Origin: Octopus sinensis
Lineage: Eukaryota
Direction of reading: 5' to 3'
NCBI RefSeq assembly: GCF_006345805.1
Contig: NC_043012.1
Location: forward strand, 45,136,001-45,200,000
DNA: 64,000 bases
The translations under genes were made by a program, and so were the position numbers. The notes beneath the pieces are model-generated. The model was not told the origin of the DNA, ran no database searches, and saw only the letters and a program-made list of their open reading frames with translations. Of the stretch, positions 38,364-50,401 are shown in pieces (position 1 is the stretch's first letter; every line of letters starts with the position of its first letter).

Positions 38364-38575
38364 TTTTATTTGTTTCAGTCATAGGACTGTGGCCATGCTG
38401 GGGCATTGTGTTGGGGAATTTTTAGTCGAATGAATTGACCCCAGTACTAAATCTTTTGTTTATAGACTGGAACTCACTCCATAGGTTTCTTTTCCTGAAT
38501 CGATAAGTTACAGGGACGTAAACACACCAACATCGTTTGTCAAGTGGTGGTGGCGGACAAACACAGACACAAAGT
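38364..38575 (-). mobile_element. SINE family B, 3' half
   Basis: Reverse complement of the 61540-61720 region. Confidence 0.75.
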
Positions 38576-38607
38576 GACCCACATTCAGCATATATATATA
38601 TAGTATG

Positions 38608-38662
<55 letters not shown>

Positions 38663-38748
38663 ATATCAATAATAATAACACCACTCACACACATGCACGC
38701 AAACACACAGACACACAAACACACACATACACTGACAGGCGCGCACGC

Positions 38749-38781
<33 letters not shown>

Positions 38782-39462
38782 TACACTCACTTATACACAG
38801 TCCGACGAAGGCTATCAGGTCGAAACATCGAAGTCGCTGTGACCTCATGTTTTGTAAATGCATAAAAAATACTTACTTCTTGTAGATGTATGATAAATAT
38901 TTACTCTATGAAACGTTTTGTGTAATTCTTCTCTGTAATGATAAATTGTTTTTAATATAATCTGACATAAAAACGAACATTGATATATCTGTATATGGGA
39001 TTATGTGTGTGTGTGTTTGTGTGTGTGTGCGTGCGTGTGTGTAACGAATAAGAAAATGAGTAATTGGGTTATGTCCGTATCATTCAAACTGTGACAGAAT
39101 TATTGCGAATATTCGGCATGAGACGATTGGCACCGCTCTAACACCAATTATTTACACACACACACACACACGCACACACACACACACTCTCTCTCTCCAT
39201 CTTTATATGTATGTATATATATATAAACATGTTATATATATGTGTGTATGCGCGAGTGGTGTGCTGACTGAGTGATATGTTATAGAAAATATAGTAAAAC
39301 TTGAATACAGAAGGAATTTTAAGAGGTACTGGGTTCGATTCTCTGTAGCAACTTGCAGGTGACTGTTAAGGCTATTTACTCAACCTTCCGAGCTGTTTTG
39401 ACGGCGATTCTGCTTTCTAGATTCTGCTTTCTATTATCTGTAAAACACACACACACACACAC

Positions 39463-39540
<78 letters not shown>

Positions 39541-39550
39541 CTATGTATGC

Positions 39551-39810
39551 ATCATTCAACTACGGTAGTTGTTGAATAATATTAAGTCCGCAATTTACTC
39601 ATTCATTCAGTTCTTGACCAAATCGAAAACTGTTAATACTTTTAAAGGGGACTGGTCCCTAGCTACATTTTCGCGTAAAACATTGAGATTTGATCCAGTA
39701 GAAAAATGTTTACGTCTAATTTTGTAGCAACGTTATAGGATCGTAAATAACACCTCGAATCAAGTTTAGATCTAAATAACTTTTAAACAAAATATATTTA
39801 TCTTAGCTTC
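39551..39810 (+). repeat. Direct repeat copy 1 (partner at 41941-42140), starting with a degenerate 30-nt hairpin
   Basis: Shared blocks attcaactacgg.ag..gttgaataat, gcaatttactca, accaaatcgaaaact, aatcaagtttagatctaaa. Confidence 0.75.
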
Positions 39811-40109
39811 AGTGATAGAAGAAAGTATGAAGAATTTTATAGCTTTGTTCCCATGCAACAAAAATTTGTATAAAAAAAGTTGTGATGTAAAATGTCATAA
39901 GAAAAATTTTTGATTTAAGTATAATTAACTTTATTTTATTTTATTTTTAAAAACAAACTATATTTTAATTAAGCTTAAATGATAGGGCTCAATTCGAGGA
40001 ATTTCTTGGTATCAATCTCATGCAATGAAGTTTTAAAAGAAAAAGTTTTTGGTGTTTATTTCTCAAATTTGAGGCTGATAATACAGTTCTATACTTTTTA
40101 ATGAATATA

Positions 40110-41715
40110 CAGTTGCAGCCAAAATGTTCAGAACGGCATTGTTTTCGTCAGAAAAGTAGCTATAGGTTTTTATCAAAGTTGTTTTATATTCTATAATTTT
40201 TACAGACAATAAATGCAATATTAAGTGTTATTGTCTGAGATGTTGGTTTAATTTGAGAGGATAATACAAAAGTTATGGATGATTTAGTGATTTATTGCAA
40301 AACCCATGGCGGCCAAAATTATCAGAACGGTTGAAAAAAAAAATGACAGAGAATACTGGAATTATTTAATAAGTCGTTTAGCTTCAATCACACTCTGACA
40401 TCTTCGACTGCATGAGGAAATTAAATTTTCAATTTCTTGCTGGTTGATCTTATTCCATTCTTCCTGAAGGGCATCCCATAATTGCTCGGTTGTTTTAGGA
40501 TTTCTGGCTTTCGAACGTTCTCCTAGAATATTCCACACATTTTCAATAGGATTGAGATCTGGGCTTTGAGCTGGCCAATCCATAACAATAACCTTTTCAG
40601 CCTTGAGGAAGTTCATGATCACCTTAGCCTTGTGACATGGGGCATTGTCCTGTATGAATATGGGTGGTCGCTTGGTTGAATTTCTCAGCACAGGCAAGAC
40701 ATGATCTTTTACAAGTTGTTTATAAACTCCTGCATTTACCTTTCCATGTAATCGCACGAAAGGGCCCACACCATCTCCAGATACCATCCGCCAAACCATG
40801 ACACTTCTTCCGGCGAATTTAACACTAGCCTTAAGGCATTTAGGCGACAATTTTTCACCTACTTTTCTACGAACGTACCTTTTCCCATCTGAGCCAATTA
40901 ACATAAACTTAGATTCATCACTGAAATGCAACGTTTGCCATTTTTTCTTGAGACCACAACGCATGTTCAGTTGCAAAGGTAAGACAACACTTTTTATTCT
41001 TGGAGCTGATCAGTGGCTTCACTGCAGGTGCACTTGCTTGTAGGTCATGTTCAACTAAACGACAAGACACAGTTTTTTGAGATAAAGTTTTCTTCAGTAC
41101 AATGCTCATTTCCCAAGAAACAGCAGCAGCAGTTTTAAATCTGTCCTTTTTAACCAACTTTACCATAGCACGATCTTCTCTCTTGGTCGTTTTTCTTGGC
41201 CTACGTGTAGACTTTCTAGCTTCACACGAACCACAATAATTGTAGACCTTAAGAATACCGTGAACAACACTTATTGACTTGTTAACAATCTTTGCAATAG
41301 ACCAAATACTTAAATTATCCTTCTTTCGAAGCTTAATAATCTGCTGACGAATTGGTAACGGAGTAAGTGGCATTATATTAACAAAGTACATTGCAAATAT
41401 TCTTACTAATGTTTAGTAAACGAACCGTCACGTAAACAAATTCAAAACATTAGAGCTCGCCGGTTAAATATACTAAAACACGGAGTAAAAGCAACCGTTC
41501 TGATAATTTTGGCCGCCGTGTGTTTTGCAGTAAATCACTAAATCATCCATAACTTTTGTATTATCCTCTCAAATTACACCAAAATCTCAGACAATAACAA
41601 ATGATATCGTATTTATCGTCTGTGAAAATTATAGAATATAAAACAACTTTGATAAAAAATTATATCTACTTTTCTGACGAAAACAATGCCGTTCTGAACA
41701 TTTTGGCCGCAACTG
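40110..41715 (-). mobile_element. Tc1-family (DD34E) DNA transposon, 1,606 bp, TA target duplication, 224-bp IR/DR-type TIRs
   Basis: TA|CAGTTGCAGCC...GCGGCCAAAATTATCAGAACGGTTG (40110-40333) versus the inverted copy at 41492-41715|TA; each TIR contains an inner and an outer direct repeat. Confidence 0.95.
40362..41391 (-). pseudogene. Tc1 transposase split by one frameshift at the T6 run 40941-40946
   Basis: HTH N-terminus (40918..41391), then FSDESKF...QDNAPCH...WPAQSPDLNPIE with exactly 34 residues between the second D and E. Confidence 0.92.
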
Positions 41716-41940
41716 TAGTTCTATAAGGGGACTTTTAATATATGTCGTCGAGATGATCCTTGAGGTAAGGAAAAAATTTATTATCGACACTGCTAATTTG
41801 CAATTAGCTTAATTACGTCATCCGTATTAATTAATACAATTATATAATGTAAGCACAGTCCTGTAATATCTCAGACGAGAAACAGAATCGTAGTAGTTTA
41901 CATTGACAAGAATTTCTCAGCTTTTAAAACTTCTCGAAGA

Positions 41941-42140
41941 ATTATTCAACTACGGCAGTAGTTGAATAATATTCTTTAGGCAGCAATTTACTCACACGCA
42001 TCTTTCAGAGCTCTGTCGCTAATTCAGTTCATAACCAAATCGAAAACTTAACATTTTTGCAGAGGACTGGTAACGTACCCAATCAAGTTTAGATCTAAAA
42101 TATTTTTTTTTATTTTAAAAGCAAAACATATTTAGCTTAA
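41941..42140 (+). repeat. Direct repeat copy 2, starting with a perfect 13-bp-stem hairpin
   Basis: ATTATTCAACTAC-GGCA-GTAGTTGAATAAT at 41941-41970. Confidence 0.75.
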
Positions 42141-42887
42141 AGGTAAAATCTTAAATTATCAATTAGCATAATAACATAGCCTGGAAAATCATGGGTTACA
42201 TTAAAAAAAGGAAGCAAGAGAAATAATATACATTATAATTAAAAAAAGATACCATCATTTTGTTAAAATATTGACACACTAGGATACTTAAAAAATGAGT
42301 CAGAAGTATCAAAATAGCGAATGTTTATGCAAAGTAGAGTAGTATATATGGTAGGCAAAGTCATTATGTAAAAAATAGGCATTGGGTCAAAACCCAAAAT
42401 CTGAAGACTTGGTGGTAACTTAGGCAATAACTCAACAAATTTTACTATGAATTTGTTATTATAAGTAAATTTTACTGTAATATGTAACTAATTTTTGTAT
42501 TATTCTATTTATTGTACTAACTAAGCACTACTATTATTTTTTATAACCTATTTTCAAAATTCTAATTATTAATTAATAATTAAGAAAGTGGAAAAAATAT
42601 TTGAACTGAGTTATTTTTTTATTCTTTATAGAAGTAACAAGTAATAACAAATAGATGTAATACCTTGTAACAATTTTTTTAGTTTAAATAAAAGGTAATA
42701 TTTTCTAAATCTAAATATTTTATTTGAAATTTTATCCTTAGCTGCAATATTTTAAGTAAACATTTTCTTGTTCTCTACTTTACCAGATGTAATAATTTGT
42801 TCTGAACTTTTCCAGGTGTAATAACTTGACCTGTACTTTTCCTTGTTTATAGTCATAAGAATATTATTTCTCTTGCTCGCATTCTTC

Positions 42888-42946
<59 letters not shown>

Positions 42947-42954
42947 ATGTATAT

Positions 42955-43445
42955 GGAGTTAAACGCGGGTGGTATTCAATTCTTTTACTTCCGACACATG
43001 TTTCCAAGATATCACTGGTATTATTCTAAAGGAATAAAATAGTGTAAAACAATGTAATCTTCTCTTCAGGGTAATGCATTTTCTTCTTACATTTCACATT
43101 TACTAGATATATCTGTTTCCAAGTCTATATGGTTTTATTTAATATACATATAGTTATATACTCCTCATTTATTTGGTTTTTCTTTCCTTTACCTCCTCCT
43201 CTTTCTATACGCTACCGTTGACATTATATCTTCTAACGTCTTTTGAAACAAACTTAGCGTTCAGTTAATCACTATATATATATCCATGATTTTCTGTTAA
43301 AATGTCTTATTGACGAGTTTCATTTCTTCATTTCCTTGAAGAGCAGATTACATTGTTTTACACAATTTTATTCTTTTGGAATAATCTTCGAAACATTGTG
43401 TCCGAAGTAAAAGAATTTAAATAACACCTGCGTTTATCTCCATTC
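42955..43445. mobile_element. Penelope-derived remnant: inverted pair of hammerhead-bearing 3' ends (42955-43075 minus; 43330-43445 plus)
   Basis: The two arms are approximate reverse complements; both match 58671-58790, which follows GIY-YIG coding sequence. Confidence 0.6.
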
Positions 43446-43603
43446 ATTTATTTGTATATATTATACAAAATATTTCACGTAAACCCGAAGGTTCTACCTT
43501 CAAAAACGAGTTACAACCTTTTCACTTGTGTGATTTTTTGCTCCCTTAGTAACTATTTATCTATTTTCCGTGTTAATTACTAACAAGGGAAAAATACACA
43601 CTC

Positions 43604-43653
<50 letters not shown>

Positions 43654-43745
43654 GTATGTATGTATGTATGTATGTATGTATGTATGTATGTATGTATGTA
43701 TGTATGTATGTATGTATGTATGTATGTATGTATGTATGTATGTAT
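43604..43745. repeat. (TCTA)n(TGTA)n compound tetranucleotide array
   Basis: Directly visible. Confidence 0.95.
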
Positions 43746-44130
43746 CATCAGAATAAGCAACAATGTTATCCAGAGGCAATGCAGTACTGGATATCGTTGT
43801 TGCTTATTTTGATTATAATCACCCCATTTTGAATTATATGGATAATACCATACTAAATTCTCTCCACCATATCAAACCTTAAATACAAAATAGCTATAAA
43901 TATAGAGGTAGTTTTTTTTATTTACTATGTGTTATAAGAAGGATCTGAAGAATCGAGTATACAGATTTCCTCTGAAGGTTATATATTAATTACGGAGATG
44001 TACTCGCATAGCAAGTAATTTGATCTGAGATCGTGTGCTGAAACGAAAACAATTGCAGCGTGGAAGGTGTTTATAAGCCATTTAAGAAACACACAAAAGC
44101 CGTTCGATTCACTTCAACATTTAAGTTTAA

Positions 44131-44180
44131 TTTGTCAAAATATTTTCGTCGCTAAAATCCGCGACTTGTTCACTGACAAA
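44131..44180 (-). ncRNA. Minimal type-I hammerhead, G3-C8 core variant (left arm)
   Basis: TTTGTCA-GTGAACA-A-GTCGC(GGATTTTA)GCGAC-GAAA-ATAT-TT-TGACAAA. Confidence 0.65.
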
Positions 44181-44199
44181 AATCCATGCAGCACGGATT

Positions 44200-44248
44200 T
44201 TTGTCAGTGAACAGGTCGCGGATTTTAGCGACGAAAATATTTTGACAA
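44200..44248 (+). ncRNA. Minimal type-I hammerhead, G3-C8 core variant (right arm)
   Basis: TTTGTCA-GTGAACA-G-GTCGC(GGATTTTA)GCGAC-GAAA-ATAT-TT-TGACAA. Confidence 0.65.
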
Positions 44249-44829
44249 TTAAACTTAAATGTTGGAGTGAATCGAACGGCTTTTGTGTGTTTCTTAAATG
44301 TCTTATAAACACCTTCCACGCTGCAATTGTTATATATTAAGCCCTTCATAAAACCTTTCGAAGGTGAATGACCGGAATTGAAACAAAGAACGGAATGCGT
44401 TTAATTTAGAAAGAATACAGAGATATTGGAAGCTCATTAAGAGATGAATATATTAACGTTATTTAAGTTTTGAAATGTTATCATAATCTGCAGTGTTTAA
44501 ATGTAAAATTTTGGCTCAGACGATAGCATATTAGAAATAGAACCCGAGCTGAGATTGAAAGAAAACTGAAAGTTTCACAAATTACTTATATTTTTTCAAT
44601 TATTGGTAATGTTCGCCATTATCAATTTCATTAGAATCTCAATTGCATTTCCTCTGTTATCATTAATTCACCTTTATTATCAATATTGTCATCATCACTA
44701 TCATTATGATCATGAACATCATTATAATCACCACCACCATAATCTTCATTGTATTGGAGATGACAAACATTACATTCCCCAGGGTTATTAATTCTCCTCA
44801 TCAACATTATGTCAACATTACAGCAGTAC

Positions 44830-45017
<188 letters not shown>

Positions 45018-47866
45018 GTTAAGAAGCTAGAAGAGGCAATTAGAAGCGGCATCGCATCCGACGTTTTGGCGGCGAGGTTGGCCCTCGACCATCACTTCAA
45101 CGCCAAACACGAAGGGTGTGCTGTCAGAGCTGGGATGCGTACTCTAAGGAATGAAGGTGTTGGAGCCGCGAGAGAGGCCCGGGTGGCAGAGGCACAACAG
45201 GGCAACAAAGCCACCATTCGATCTCCGGTAGATGAACAGGGGCGCGAATTGCTCGAGCCAAGTAAAATGTGTGAGGCCTTTCAACAGCATTTTGCCCGAC
45301 TGTTCGGGATGAGTGGCGGGCAAGAACGTAGGGTGGAAATCAGTGCCTACCTACACAGCCTACCACGACTCTCGACAAGAGAGGCAGGGTGCTGCGAAGG
45401 TGCCATCACGGCGGCGGACGTGCAGGACGCGATGGCAGAATGCTTGAGGGACAAATCGCCGGGTTTGGATGGTCTACCCTACGAGCTTTACAGTTGTATG
45501 CCAGACTTGTTTGGAGACGTCTTGGCAGCGGTGTACTGCAACTGGCAGCAAAACGGGAGCATTCCTGGTTTTGTGAGCCGAGGAGCCGTAACACTGAAGA
45601 AAGATCTAAACAAGGGAAATGTAATAGATAACTTTAGGCACATCACTCTGCTTAATGCAGAATTTCGGCCAAGGTGTTAGCCAAGAGGTTGGCGATTGTC
45701 ATCGAGAAACTGGTCGACAACGCGCAAACGTGCGCCGTGCCGGGCCGGAGCATCCATGACAACCTCCATCTGATGTGCTACATCATAGACAGGGTAGTTA
45801 ACGAACCTGGCATGGGTGGGGCCCTGATCAACTTGGATCAATCGAAAGCCTTTGATGGGGTAGACCATCGATACTTGGAGGCAGTCCTGAGAGCGGCTGG
45901 TTTCGGTCCCGTCTTCCGCGGCTGGATAGCTGCTTTGTACAGAGGCATCCGTTCGGTAATTCGCGTAAATGGACATCTATCGAGACCTTTCGACGTTGCA
46001 CGTTCGGTCCGTCAGGGATGCCCCCTCTCGGCGCTTCTATACGTATTGACTCTTGAGCCACTACTGCGGAAGCTGGCGACTCTAAGGGGCATCCCGCGAG
46101 AATTGGGATGCGGGACGAGCGTGTCTGCATACGCGGACGACGTCACCGTCATAGTGTCAAGCCACGAGCACATCGAGCGGGTCGGCGAGACACTGAAAGA
46201 CTACGAAGCGGTGACAGGAGCAAAAATCACCGGGAAAAGTCAGTGGGCTTGCGGCTCGGCACCTGGAGAAGCAAGCCCATGCCGTCCACCAGTACCTCCG
46301 TCGTGGGACGCTGGACAGACGGCCCGGTTGAGTTGCTCGGGGTCTGGTTCGGTCCGGACCTCCAATGGAGAAGAACTGGAACGATAACGAGTAGGCTGGT
46401 CACTCTCGCCCAGCAATGGGCCGAGAGGAAACTGTCCCTAAAAGGTCGGGCGGAGGTGTGAACGCGTACATCGCGTCCGTCATCTACTACCGCCTGACCG
46501 TCGTACCTTGTCCCGACCCTACCATCACCAAACTAGAACGCGTCCTCTTCCGCTTCTTGTGGAAGGATGCGTCCCGATGGTCAGGCGATCATTTGCTGTC
46601 AACACCCGTTAAAAGGAGGGCTGGGCATGCCGTGGTTGATGATGCACAGACACGCGCTGAGACTGCGACATCTCCGGCTCTATGTAGACGACGGTGAACA
46701 GGTGTGGTCGCCGTTTGTGAGGCACGCATTCCCGCAACTCGTCTCCATGACGAACTATAGTCGTGGATCAAAAAGAGGCCGAGAAGGGCGAATGGCACCG
46801 CGAGTGTCGCGTTGCTCTCAAGCAACTCTGCCGTCCCGGTCGACCTTGAGTGACTTCAACACAACCAAAGCATTCTATAGGGGATTAGTGGAGGGAAGGT
46901 ACGACGACGAGCTCGGGGCAAACCTGGGCGTCGACGAGGAATACCTGATCCGCCTGTTTCAAACGACTTTCGCCCCAGGACCTATGGACAACTTCCAGAG
47001 ATCCCTGGCCTGGCGGTGCTACCGAGAAGCGCTACCCGTTCGGGATAAGCTCTATAGGCATGGCTCGAGAAACACGGGGCCGATCTGCCCGAGATGCGGG
47101 CAGAGCGACGAAACCGCTCTGCACGCAATCGTGCAGTGTCCAGCAATTTCCCACCTGTGGGCTTATGTCGAACGACTGCTGTCACGTGTGGGACGTGTCG
47201 GTTTATCAGCCGAGTCTATCGTTAATATCGTCACGCCTCCTTCTTTCAAACGGGAAGGAAGAGCTATTTTTATCATACTTGTGGCTATGGCGAAAGAATG
47301 TATCTGGTGGACGCGCCTGAAAGGATTAGAGACAAACACTTTCCTCTCTGGTCAATCTCTCATCAACTTCTTCAAGTATCACTTGAAGAGGAAAGTGAGA
47401 GTAGAGAGGCAAGTTTTGTCTCGTGATTGTTTTAAAAAAGATGGGTGAATGTAGCAAGGATGGCACGTATGAATGACGAAGCCACCTTGACTATGATTCT
47501 ATGAACCATAAAAATTAATACAGAGAGTTGCTTATTTGCAAAAGAAAAAAAAAAGAAATATAACATGTGACTTCATTGACCGAGGTTACCGTGGTCTTTT
47601 CCGTAGGCTTTTCTTTCCACGCGTAAACCTCACCTGTCCTCCCCTTTACACTTCATATTGACATTTCTGTGATAACGATCCCTATTATTCATTTTTTTTT
47701 CTCCCCCCCTTTTTTTAACCCCTCCCTTTTTTTGTCCTTTTTCTTTCCTTTTACGATCCCTTTTGATCGAAAACCACCACTCTCTTTTTTTTTTACCCCC
47801 AAAAGAAAAGCTCTACCTTGTAATTTGTTCTATCTGTGTGCAGCCCTGTGTGGCTAATAAAGAAAC
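45018..47866 (+). mobile_element. 5'-truncated Tx1/L1-clade non-LTR retrotransposon (RT, zf-RVT/CCHC, 3' UTR with AATAAA); frameshifted
   Basis: [69 protein letters not shown]; AATAAA at 47856-47861; GC-rich relative to its flanks; no APE domain. Confidence 0.92.
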
Positions 47867-47925
47867 ATATCTATCTATCCATCTATCTATCTATCTATCT
47901 ATCTATCTATTTGTCTGTCTGTCTT

Positions 47926-47986
<61 letters not shown>

Positions 47987-48010
47987 GTATCTATATATCT
48001 ATCTATCTAA
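47867..48010. repeat. (TATC)n array, right flank of the Tx1 element
   Basis: Directly visible. Confidence 0.95.
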
Positions 48011-48245
48011 CCGTGCGTGGTGCACATGTGTAGATGTAGGTGTAAATCCACAAGCACCATCCTCCTCTTTCATATGATTTGAATCATCATCTCAAAGAGC
48101 ATTGACGTCATCACTACCAATGAGTTTTTCTAAACACGAATGACGTCAAATTGGATTCAACATTTCATAGAATGGAAGAATTTGTGCAATTAATATTTTA
48201 TTCACTGCAGCTTAGTAATGTTCAGTGGCAACAGAAGCAACAGCG

Positions 48246-48288
<43 letters not shown>

Positions 48289-48377
48289 CATAAGGATAAG
48301 ATCGTTATTTAAATATCGAACTTATCAAGTGGCCAGCATGGGAAAAAAAACCTTCAAAGGTAAAAATTATTATTAAA

Positions 48378-48575
48378 ACTATAATTTAGGATATATAAGA
48401 GATACCACCACGTTTGAAATAGCAGCCAAAACTTGACTCTAAAACCACATTAAAAGTTCAGCCCCAGGAGAGAAAATAAAAAGACAAAATATATATTTGT
48501 GGTCCTAGAGTCAAGTTTTCGCTGCTATTTCAAGCGTGGTGGTTAGGGTTAGGGTTAGGGTTATACCCTAAATTA
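48378..48575. repeat. Short inverted repeat with (TTAGGG)3 inside the right arm
   Basis: 48405-48449 is the approximate reverse complement of 48498-48542; TTAGGG x3 at 48543-48560. Confidence 0.75.
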
Positions 48576-48636
48576 TAATTATACATAAACACACACACAC
48601 ACTGGAAGAGATGCAAACGTAAGCTTTACATGGAAT

Positions 48637-49041
48637 ACTTAGATGGAGAGGGCTGCCCCTATTCTCAACTTAGATGGAGAGGGCTGCCCCTATTCTCAAC
48701 TTAGATGGAGAGGGCTGCCCCTATTCTCAACTTAGATGGAGAGGGCTGCCCCTATTCTCAACTTAGATGGAGAGGGCTGCCCCTATTCTCAACTTAGATG
48801 GAGAGGGCTGCCCCTATTCTCAACTTAGATGGAGAGGGCTGCCCCTATTCTCAACTTAGATGGAGAGGGCTGCCCCTATTCTCAACTTAGATGGAGAGGG
48901 CTGCCCCTATTCTCAACTTAGATGGAGAGGGCTGCCCCTATTCTCAACTTAGATGGAGAGGGCTGCCCCTATTCTCAACTTAGATGGAGAGGGCTGCCCC
49001 TATTCTCAACTTAGATGGAGAGGGCTGCCCCTATTCTCAAC
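48637..49041. repeat. Minisatellite: 13 identical copies of the 31-bp unit ACTTAGATGGAGAGGGCTGCCCCTATTCTCA
   Basis: Period 31 read from the sequence; no spacers. Confidence 0.95.
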
Positions 49042-50359
49042 TATTCTGTAACTATTCTCTTGAGTCAGTTATGCAGATGTTGCAACATTTGTGGGCAGGG
49101 GGCATCAATTTTGAATAGAGATCCAGGGGTTCCGTGTCGTTCCATGCGGACTCGTTACCGTCAATATATTCGAGGACAAGGGATTGGAGATGGCCGATTC
49201 TAAAGCCATGCGAATCTATGGTAGGAGAAAAATATCAACGTGAGAAAGTATGGTACACTTTTCAGGAGATTGCTCGATCGAATCGCCCCCGGTAGTTTTT
49301 CATTAAGATAGTATTTCTTATATCAACCAATTCTTGCCGAACTGCTAAGTGTGCACATGCCTTGTGCGTGTGCGTGCTGGTGTTGTGTGTTGTGTTGGTG
49401 TGTGTGTGGGTGTGTATGAGTTTGCGCGTGTGTGTGCGAGTGTAGCGAATTTATACTTTTACATAGTTTAATTTCTTTTTAAATCTTAACAAAATGTTTA
49501 TTCTGCAAATCCTTCATTTTCTGGAGAAATATACATCAGGCTAGCTTCTAGTCTTGTTACATTACACCATGTACTCAAGATATATTCATACACATATACG
49601 CCTCGGTGTATAAATATAAACAATTTGTTGTTTGATATCAACTTAAGCATATAATGATGTAGAGCTATAACTATCTCTTAATAGAGATACTACTTTGCTT
49701 CCTTATGCATTATTGTTATATAGAATTCCTGAATTTATTATGCTGTTATTACGTCAGTCATTATAACAAACACGTACATAAAGCATAAGCGTACACACTC
49801 TCTCTCAACACCTCTCTCCCTCACACACACACACATAACACACTATGACTTTCCATAATTAGCCAATATGGTTCTGACAGGAAATTTCATAAGATATACG
49901 CTTTCACACAATTGAATTCAGGTTTGATAGTGAATGTACAACAAGCACAACGAAAGTAGATATAATAAGCAAATAACGGTAGGTTTTTACGTACCGTTAC
50001 TTGCTTACACACATATACGCATATATAGACAGAAACAGATTCACATTTCTGAAATCATGAACAAACACATAAACATACACTGACACAGATATTCGCATAT
50101 ATTCACACACACGCACAAACAAAAATACATACACACATAAATGTACATATATATATATATATGCATGTATATATACATGGATATATATACATATATGGAT
50201 ATATTTATACACGTATATGGGCATATACTTATGTATGTGTGTATATATATGTATATATATATATATATATATATACATATGTATGCATATATATAAGCAT
50301 ATATTTATGTGTGTACATACTACATACATATAGACACATAAATATATATATACGCACAC

Positions 50360-50401
<42 letters not shown>

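Larger units (their letters stand above)
43990..44330. mobile_element. ~340-bp palindromic non-autonomous element (59-bp unique tail plus 282-bp palindrome) with a 10-12-bp TSD
   Basis: Arms 44049-44330. GTTATATATTAA occurs at 43978-43989 and again at 44329-44340. A second copy lies at 58889-59230. Confidence 0.88.

Noticed and set aside
48637-49041. Regular 31-bp repeats resembling a CRISPR array
   Set aside because: Units are contiguous with no spacers, no cas genes are present, and the context is eukaryotic; this is a minisatellite.
49045-49300. Moderately GC-rich stretch after the minisatellite, possibly an exon or TE fragment
   Set aside because: No recognisable motif in any of the frames I translated.
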